Shown here: positions 62,563 through 64,000 of the stretch, piece after piece
How the letters are laid out: each line of letters begins with the position of its first letter
How positions within the stretch are numbered: the first letter of the stretch is position 1
Assembly (NCBI GenBank): GCA_002269645.1
Contig: NIVC01000992.1
Span: forward strand, 124,001-188,000
Source of the DNA: Macrostomum lignano
Lineage: Eukaryota
Direction: 5' to 3'
DNA: 64,000 bases
The notes under the pieces: generated by a model
Told to the model about the DNA's origin: nothing
The model's database searches: none
What the model saw: only the letters and a program-made list of their open reading frames with translations
Position numbers and translations under genes: made by a program

Positions 62563-63073
62563 CTGGATGCATTGGGGTGGGCTGGTAAGATGCACCAAGT
62601 TAAAAAATCCGATCATTTCTATACTTTACTTTCTATGCGTCGAAATGAAAAGCAAATAACCAGGAGATTAAAGTGCAAAGAGACTTAAGCTTTCAATAAG
62701 TGAAGTCATTACAGGCTACGATTATTTGGACCTTAGCTAAAACCTAAACTATTCTCAAACTGCTGCTGAACAAAAAATATGTACTGTAACACTATTGCGC
62801 GATTGACTGTAAAGATTTTTTGAACACAAACGCTATCAAGCTGTAAAACTGTAAAACCTGTAAAAAGCTTTAAAACAAGCTGTAAAACAACACACAAACA
62901 CATGACATCAACGCATGTCTACTATGCTCTGCATAGTGCACTTGTTTAAACTCAACGAAAGTTACGAGTAGTTATCTGGTTCTGCTTTTTCTTTGCTGGA
63001 GAGCTCTCGTGAGTGGTTTGCATACTCATATTTTAGTGCTCGCAATTGCCGCAAAAGGCTTAAAAATGCTCAC

Positions 63074-63267
63074 CACTTCAAACTGACGAGCCGCTTTTTC
63101 AACGCTGTCAGCTACTCGCAGCAGTCGACCGAGCCAGTCTACGAAAATGCGTTTCAATAATCGCGGCGGCGGTCGGAACTTCGAGCCCCGATGGTTCAAA
63201 TTGACGATGCAGACGGAAAATATCACGGATACTGTGGTCATGGACATTAGTACCGTAATGTAGAGGC
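63074..63267 (-). CDS. nAChR-like subunit, TM3 exon; upstream exons lie beyond the window end
   Basis: TTTCCGCAG|GC LYITVLMSMTTVSVIFSVCIVNLNHRGSKFRPPPRLLKRIFVDWLGRLL...FEV|GTGAGC; TM3 followed by the N.HHR..P.W/L.R..F-type motif. Confidence 0.9.
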
Positions 63268-63529
63268 CTGCGGAAATGGTTTCGGACAGACTGGGTGTTT
63301 CAAAGAAAGTCAATTCTTTTCATTGCATGATGCTTAAAAGTTGAAGATACCCGGGTGTAGCCGAAAAGCCATCAGAAACTAGCCAAGAGGCAACCCGTAA
63401 GTAGATAATGAACTACTCAAATATAGCTGATAAAGGCAAGGAAAGAGGCAAACAACTAGTCGAATGTTTCTCAGAAACGGGTTTTAACCAATATGTTACG
63501 ATTTACTCAGAAATCATCGGTATCAAAAA

Positions 63530-64000
63530 ACAACCCGGATGTAACCAAGAAACAACCTGGATGTAATTAAGAAACAACCTGGATGTAATCAAGAAACAAC
63601 CCGGATATAATCACGCAATAATCCGGGTGTAATCAAGACACAACCCGGATGTAATTAAAAAACAACCCAGATGTAATCAAGAAACAACCCGGATGTAATC
63701 AAGCAATAACCCGGATGTAATCAAGACACAGCCCAGATGTAATCAAAAAACAACCCGGATGTAATCAAGAAACAGCCTGGATATAATCAAAAACAACCCG
63801 GATGTAATCAAGAAACAACCCGGATGTAATCAAGCAATAACCCGGATGTAATCAAGACACAGCCCGGATGTAATCAAAAAACAACCCGGATGTAATCAAG
63901 AAACAGCCTGGATATAATCAAAAACAACCCGGATGTGATCAAGACACAACCCAGATGTAATCAAAAAACAACCCGGATGTAACCAAGAAACAGCCTGGAT
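63530..64000. repeat. 22-bp minisatellite (GAAACAACCCGGATGTAATCAA), runs off the window
   Basis: Period 22; intron of the nAChR-like gene. Confidence 0.92.

Overview
Animal (metazoan) genomic DNA with GC-rich exons in AT-rich, repeat-packed introns; not prokaryotic, no CRISPR. The compositional style would fit a free-living flatworm, but that is only a guess. I reconstructed seven spliced protein-coding genes by hand from GT-AG sites and reading-frame continuity: (1) Smad1/5-type R-Smad, minus, 5' part; (2) an uncharacterised 166-aa protein, MGCGAS...(YPPQQ)n...PPPPY...Gly-zipper-like segment, minus, whose full form is invisible in the ORF track; (3) a complete 8-exon, 541-aa CIP4/Toca-1/FNBP1 (F-BAR-HR1-SH3), plus; (4) Pbx/extradenticle, minus; (5) a divergent, shortened kinesin-light-chain-like gene, plus; (6) a kinase-less protein with a tandemly duplicated PAN-like exon and an ALK/LTK-type glycine-rich domain, plus, with a frame problem in its last exon; (7) the 3' part of a nicotinic-type Cys-loop receptor subunit, minus. 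Nearly all long ORFs in the supplied track are translations of tandem repeats. Mobile DNA: two related non-autonomous Helitrons (5' TC, 3' hairpin-CTAG) carrying tRNA-like cassettes next to different minisatellites; three copies of an 8-bp-TSD MITE; two hAT MITEs with perfect 8-bp TSDs that each carry a minisatellite; a foldback element with a 9-bp TSD; and other TIR elements. More than 20 distinct micro/minisatellite families occur, most confined to one locus.
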